Of a stretch of DNA of 64,000 nucleotides, positions 56,869 to 64,000 are shown one piece after another. A model generated the notes under the pieces. That model was not told the DNA's origin and made no database searches. It saw only the letters and a program-made list of their open reading frames with translations. Made by a program: the position numbers and the translations under genes. The stretch is from Candidatus Buchananbacteria bacterium. Its GTDB lineage: Bacteria; Patescibacteriota; Patescibacteriia; 2-01-FULL-39-33. The stretch is from NCBI GenBank assembly GCA_041665065.1, contig JBAYJM010000003.1:5183-69182 (forward strand). The letters run 5' to 3'. The first letter of the stretch is position 1. The number at the start of each line of letters is the position of its first letter.

Positions 56869-58326
56869 TTATTTTAATTGAGGTTTCTGTTTGTGCCAAT
56901 CGGTTATTTGCTGAAATTGATGGCCAGCCCGAAGAATTGTTTTCTCATCAAATCTCTTGCCAAGAATTTGCATGCCAACAGGAAGCCCATTAGCCATGCC
57001 AGCTGGAATAGATAATCCGCAAATACCTGCGAGCGACGCAGGAACAGTAAAGACATCTTCCAAATACATTTTTAGCGGATCAGATATTTTTTCGCCAATC
57101 TTATATGCCGTTGTCGGAGCAACTGGAGTTAAAATGACATCAACTTTTTCAAAAGCATCATCAAAATCTTTTTTAACTAATGTTCTGACTTTCATTGCTT
57201 TTTTATAGTAGGCATCATAATAGCCAGCTGAAAGCGCATAAGTTCCAATCATAATTCTTCTTTTTGCTTCTTGTCCAAAACCTTCTGCTCTTGATTGCAA
57301 ATAAATATTTAACAAATCACCATCTCTTTTGGATAAGCCATATTTAATGCCGTCATATTTTGCCAAATTAGAAGAAACTTCTGCGGGCTGGATTACATAA
57401 TATGAAGCCAAGGCAAAATCAGTCATTGGTAATGAAATATCTAAGATTTCCGCACCCAATTCTTCAAATTTTTTAAGTGCTTCTAAAATAGAGGTTCTAA
57501 CTCCCTCATCCATTCCCTCAATAAAATATTCCTTTGGCAAACCGATCTTCAAGCCGTTAATATCTTTTTTTATCTCGCTTAAATAATCATCCACATCAAT
57601 CGGAGGAGTTGTTGAATCTTTTGGATCACGGCCAGCAATATATTTTAAAATCAAAGCAACGTCCTCAACGCTTTTGCCAATCGGTCCAATAGTATCTAAA
57701 GATGATGCATCGGCAACAACGCCATATCTTGAAACTCGACCATAACTCACTTTCAAACCAGTTACTCCGCAAAAAGATGCGGGTTGCCTGATTGATCCGC
57801 CAGTATCAGTGCCGATTGAAAAAATACTCTCGTCGGCTGCGATGGAAGCTGTTGAGCCACCACTAGTTCCACCCGGCACCCTGTCCAAATCCCAAGGATT
57901 ATGGGTTGTAAAAAATGCTGAATTTTCCGTTGATCCACCCATTGCAAATTCATCTAAATTTGTTTTACCAACAATAACTGAATCATTATCTTTTAAAATT
58001 TTAACAACAGTCGCATCAAAAGGTGGAATATAATTTTCCAAAATTTTTGAAGCTGCAGTTGTTCTGACACCAGTCGTACATAATAAATCTTTTACTGAAA
58101 CAGGAATTCCAGCTAAAGGCGATAAACTTTCTCCGTTTTTAATTTTTTCATCAACTTTTTTCGCTTGCAATAAAGCACCATCCTTATCAAGAGTAACAAA
58201 AGCTTTTATTTTGTCTTCATGCTTTTCGATTTGATCAAAGCAAGCCTTAGTCAATTCTTCGCTAGAAAACTTTTTATCGCGAAGCCCTTCAAAAGATTCT
58301 AAAAGTGTTAATTCGTTTAATGCCAT
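56869..58326 (-). CDS. gatA: Glutamyl-tRNA(Gln) amidotransferase subunit A
   Basis: Amidase signature GGSSGGS. Ser-cisSer-Lys triad context. 485 aa. Downstream of gatC. Confidence 0.95.
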   Translation of the reverse strand: MALNELTLLESFEGLRDKKFSSEELTKACFDQIEKHEDKIKAFVTLDKDGALLQAKKVDEKIKNGESLSPLAGIPVSVKDLLCTTGVRTTAASKILENYIPPFDATVVKILKDNDSVIVGKTNLDEFAMGGSTENSAFFTTHNPWDLDRVPGGTSGGSTASIAADESIFSIGTDTGGSIRQPASFCGVTGLKVSYGRVSRYGVVADASSLDTIGPIGKSVEDVALILKYIAGRDPKDSTTPPIDVDDYLSEIKKDINGLKIGLPKEYFIEGMDEGVRTSILEALKKFEELGAEILDISLPMTDFALASYYVIQPAEVSSNLAKYDGIKYGLSKRDGDLLNIYLQSRAEGFGQEAKRRIMIGTYALSAGYYDAYYKKAMKVRTLVKKDFDDAFEKVDVILTPVAPTTAYKIGEKISDPLKMYLEDVFTVPASLAGICGLSIPAGMANGLPVGMQILGKRFDEKTILRAGHQFQQITDWHKQKPQLK

Positions 58327-58354
58327 ATTTTTAATATTTCAAATGGAAAGTAAT

Positions 58355-58648
58355 TTATTTATTTTCAAAAATTTTAGGAATGGCAACATAGCCGTCTTTG
58401 TGGGCCGGTGCGCATTCGACTAAATCCTTTTCAATTCCTGATTCAATAATTTCGTCTTCTCGCATAACGCTAGTTAGTCCAGTTACCTGGGAAGTCGGTT
58501 CGATATTTTGGGTATCAACAGACTGCAACTTTTCCATGTATTCTAAAATGTTAGAAAGCTGGTTGCTATACTTCTCTTTTTCCTCTTGGGTCAGGCTAAG
58601 TCTTGCTAATTTGGCAATATGCTCGACTTCTTCAATAGATAATTTCAT
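58355..58648 (-). CDS. gatC: Glutamyl-tRNA(Gln) amidotransferase subunit C
   Basis: 97 aa. N-terminus MKLSIEEVEHIAKLARLSLTQEEKEKYSNQLSNILEYMEKL. Confidence 0.85.
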   Translation of the reverse strand: MKLSIEEVEHIAKLARLSLTQEEKEKYSNQLSNILEYMEKLQSVDTQNIEPTSQVTGLTSVMREDEIIESGIEKDLVECAPAHKDGYVAIPKIFENK

Positions 58649-58732
58649 AAGTGAATAATTTATGATTACTCAATTATTTTAAGCCATTATTGGATATTTT
58701 TCAATAGTGGAGTTTTTAAAATAAGCCAAAAC

Positions 58733-58761
58733 TTGACATTTTATCAAAAGTATGCTATAAT
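58733..58761 (+). promoter_or_regulatory. Consensus sigma-70 promoter (TTGACA, 17 nt spacer, TATAAT) driving the GC-rich island gene
   Basis: Both hexamers match consensus exactly. About 110 nt upstream of the ATG. The leader holds three short hairpins: ATCGCTtaagtgAGCGAT, CACATtgaaatATGTG and GGCAAtgtTTGCC. Confidence 0.6.
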
Positions 58762-58878
58762 TATATATCGCTTAAGTGAGCGATGAGGCACATTGAAATA
58801 TGTGGAAAATAGCCCTAAGATGGGAAAGGCAATGTTTGCCTCTTCTTTCTGATGGCTTGGGCAGTTTAAGGGGGTATT

Positions 58879-59901
58879 ATGAGAAACTTGGCAATTGCAA
58901 TAATGATATTGTTTTCCGGCGCTGTGTCTGCTGACAGTCTCATTCCCGAGATCAAGCTTGGCACTGATGCCACACTGAAAATCTCCGGGTGGGGGCAGAT
59001 CGTTGCCGCCGAGGAAATGTACGGCGGCCTCGAGACTGACCTGGCCGGGCTTCGCATCAACGCCGATCTGAACTGGAATGACTGGGAGTTTTTTACCCAA
59101 GTCAATCTCACCACCGACGGCGAGGAGATCGACTCGGACTGGCTATACCAGGCCTGGGTCGGACACAACATCAGTGAGCACTGGAAGTTGCGCGTCGGAC
59201 GAATTTTCGTGTCCGGTGGCAATATCACTCCGTGCGCATATGATATACGCACAGTGAAGTACCCGGCAGGGATAACTTTCTGCCCGTATGCTACAGGTGC
59301 TCAGTTTGAGGGTCTACTACTCAAAGGGTTAACCTTGATCACGGAAGTGACAGGTAAATCTGGAGTCGCCTTCAACGCCGATGACACCTTCGAGCGAGCC
59401 GAGTTTGGGCTCATGCTTAAGCAGGAATTCGGAGAGAGCGGGAAGCCGGGATATGGATATTTGGCCGGCTACGGTCAGCTCTGCAAGGACTTTCAGCGCT
59501 ACGGCGCCGAGGGTTTCTGGCAACCGATCTCGCGACTCACTCTGATGGGCGCACTCTGCTATACGAAATATGAGTACGACCAGACGAGTGACGAAATCGG
59601 CGGCTACGCCTTAGTCGCCTACCGACTCCTACCTTGGTTCGAACTTCACGGCCAGATCGACCGATTTGAATGCCTGGAGAAAACCTGGGGGGACGTGGAA
59701 TCTTCCAAGGACGAGACCGGCAAGGTCAACATCGACTATGTCGAATATTGCTCGGATGAAACCGAGCTGACGACGTTAACCATCGGCGCGAAGCTAATGG
59801 AACCCACCGATGCTTTCTCGGTCACCGTCGATTGGGAGAAACCCATCGGTGATGATTCGGAGGAGGATCGGTTCCTCCTGAAGGCCCAGGTCAAGTTCTA
59901 A
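58879..59901 (+). CDS. Secreted beta-rich protein resembling an outer-membrane porin or beta-barrel (C-terminal ...AQVKF). It is encoded in a roughly 52% GC island.
   Basis: Signal peptide MRNLAIAIMILFSGAVSADS. Amphipathic beta-strand pattern throughout. Aromatic C-terminus ending KF. Shine-Dalgarno AAGGGGG. Codon usage is GC3-rich, unlike the host. It has its own terminator. Confidence 0.55.
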   Translation: MRNLAIAIMILFSGAVSADSLIPEIKLGTDATLKISGWGQIVAAEEMYGGLETDLAGLRINADLNWNDWEFFTQVNLTTDGEEIDSDWLYQAWVGHNISEHWKLRVGRIFVSGGNITPCAYDIRTVKYPAGITFCPYATGAQFEGLLLKGLTLITEVTGKSGVAFNADDTFERAEFGLMLKQEFGESGKPGYGYLAGYGQLCKDFQRYGAEGFWQPISRLTLMGALCYTKYEYDQTSDEIGGYALVAYRLLPWFELHGQIDRFECLEKTWGDVESSKDETGKVNIDYVEYCSDETELTTLTIGAKLMEPTDAFSVTVDWEKPIGDDSEEDRFLLKAQVKF

Positions 59902-59918
59902 CTGACCTGAGCCCAAAA

Positions 59919-59957
59919 GGACACATGCTGAAAAGCCTCTGTGTCCTCTTTTTTTTC
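59919..59957 (+). terminator. Intrinsic terminator of the island gene
   Basis: Sequence AGGACACAtgctgaaaagcctcTGTGTCCTcttttttttt. Confidence 0.8.
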
Positions 59958-59962
59958 AAAAT

Positions 59963-60727
59963 TTATTTTTTATCTGCAGACAATATTGCTAATACCATCA
60001 TCTTTTCTACTTGCTCAATAGTTAATCCTACTTCTTTTTCATTAAATATCCTTTTTCCTTCTTCGCTAATATGACAGTTATTCCATGTTATATTTTTAAA
60101 ACCAGCTAAAGTCAAAGCATTAAAATAAGCGTCCTTACTCCAATAATAATTTATAAACTCCGTAACTTCATTATTTATAATATTATGAAGAGTAACTTTT
60201 ATTTGTGATCCATTGATTATTTCATTCCCGATTATGTTCGTAGAAAAATTTATAAACGGATGATATTCTTGAACCGGGTGGTCAGGGTTTTGATTAATAA
60301 GAACTAAACGTCCGCCTAACTTAAGATTTTTTGAAATATTTAACGCATAATTATTTAATTCACTTTCAGTTTTTGCATAATGCAAAATCATAGCTCCGAT
60401 GATAAGATCATAATTTCCTTTATTTATTAACGACATACATCCCACATCTCCATAAATATATTCAATTCCCAAAGTAGATAATTTTTCTTTTTGCTTTGCA
60501 ATATCTAACATAAACTTTGAATTATCAACTCCAGTCACTATAGCCCCATTTTTTGCTAAAAGTCTCGAGCTTCGTCCATCACCGCAACCTATATCTAAAA
60601 CCCTTAATCCAGAAATATTTCCAATTTTTTTCAGCCATGAAGGATATAATATATACTTACGATGGAACATTTCCTCCATTCCCTTATCAGTGTAACCACT
60701 TGAAACCTTATCGTTATATTGATACAT
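59963..60727 (-). CDS. Class I SAM-dependent methyltransferase
   Basis: VLDIGCGDGRSS (motif I). 254 aa. Confidence 0.8.
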   Translation of the reverse strand: MYQYNDKVSSGYTDKGMEEMFHRKYILYPSWLKKIGNISGLRVLDIGCGDGRSSRLLAKNGAIVTGVDNSKFMLDIAKQKEKLSTLGIEYIYGDVGCMSLINKGNYDLIIGAMILHYAKTESELNNYALNISKNLKLGGRLVLINQNPDHPVQEYHPFINFSTNIIGNEIINGSQIKVTLHNIINNEVTEFINYYWSKDAYFNALTLAGFKNITWNNCHISEEGKRIFNEKEVGLTIEQVEKMMVLAILSADKK

Positions 60728-60728
60728 A

Positions 60729-63542
<2,814 letters not shown>

Positions 63543-63546
<4 letters not shown>

Positions 63547-64000
63547 CTTTTATAAAACTTGCTTGAAATTGTTGTTTGTATAATTAATTCCTTGGCATAT
63601 TTACCTGCCGGCTTATTCTTTAATTTCATATAGATTGTCGCCCGAGGCTGAACATTAGAAATAGGGACATTAGAAAAAGGGTCTTTTGATGGCAGAATAA
63701 AAAATTTCAACTCTTCGATCTCCACATTAGGAGAATTAAGACTATCGGCAAAGCCGTCTTGAGAATAAATTAAATTTTTTGTGTTTGGATCATAATATAT
63801 TGAAACTATGCTGTCATACTCATCCGGAAAAAAATTAATGGACGAGGTGGGATTTTGTCCGGGATAAATAGGAATAATTTCCCGGCCCCTGACTTCTTTG
63901 GCGATTTTTTCTACAATATATCTGCCGTCGTTTTGAAGCTTTTGATAATTTGCCGTTTGTTGCTCTAAATTTATGGCATTAACAAAAGTAGACATAATTA
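63543..64000 (-). CDS. Probable pseudopilin (PilW-like), C-terminal part. The N-terminus probably lies beyond the window edge.
   Basis: C-terminal region resembles 2807..3376 (aromatic-rich YYDPNT...FFILP). The in-frame codon upstream of the Met at 63995 is not a stop. Overlaps the downstream gene with ATGA. Confidence 0.4.

Noticed and set aside
58744-59252. Two minus-strand ORFs (58744..59100 and 58866..59252) inside the GC-rich island
   Set aside because: High GC content suppresses stop codons in all frames. These ORFs have no start context, overlap each other, and run antisense to a 340-aa ORF that has a promoter, RBS, signal peptide and terminator.

Overview
This is a low-GC (about 30-35%) bacterial chromosome segment. 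Its gene content fits a small-genome, probably monoderm, CPR/Patescibacteria-like organism, but that is an inference from content only. Stop codons look standard, with no sign of recoding.

Main contents, 5' to 3':
- A type IV pilus operon: pilB (5'-truncated by the window edge), pilC, four pseudopilins, pilM, pilN, pilO. No secretin, pilT or prepilin peptidase is present in the window.
- A minus-strand Fe-S cluster operon (iscR-iscU-nfu ... iscS) with rmlB-rmlA inserted in the middle.
- Housekeeping genes: rpmA, pyrG, rplI, ctpA, murA, metG, rsmI, ackA with a PduL-type phosphotransacylase, tatD, HIT, rlmH, gatCA, ligA, and the dnaG-rpoD operon preceded by rubrerythrin and desulfoferrodoxin.
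- Three tRNAs on the minus strand: Ala-CGC, Asn-GUU and Ser-GGA.
- A TetR-regulated RND efflux operon.
- Many secreted or membrane-anchored hypothetical proteins.

Observations worth a second look:
1. A roughly 1.1 kb island at about 52% GC (58790-59960). It has a consensus sigma-70 promoter, a structured leader and its own terminator, and encodes a signal-peptide beta-rich porin-like protein. It is probably a horizontally acquired cassette, or an assembly chimera.
2. A tRNA-Asn-adjacent islet (about 42600-46580). It holds a DUF2975 plus XRE-repressor pair, a gene remnant and an orphan 785-aa membrane-anchored protein.
3. A GC-rich structured RNA element with an intrinsic terminator upstream of a fasciclin-domain gene (30846-30960).
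4. A NOX/ferric-reductase-like flavocytochrome next to a cytochrome-b5-like protein.
5. A secreted Gly/Asn-rich protein with four repeats that each end in FGG.
6. Two paralogous C39-like Cys/His/Asp peptidase proteins.
7. A 24-nt GC-rich repeat found next to both rpmA and rpoD.

No CRISPR array, intact transposase or integrase was seen.
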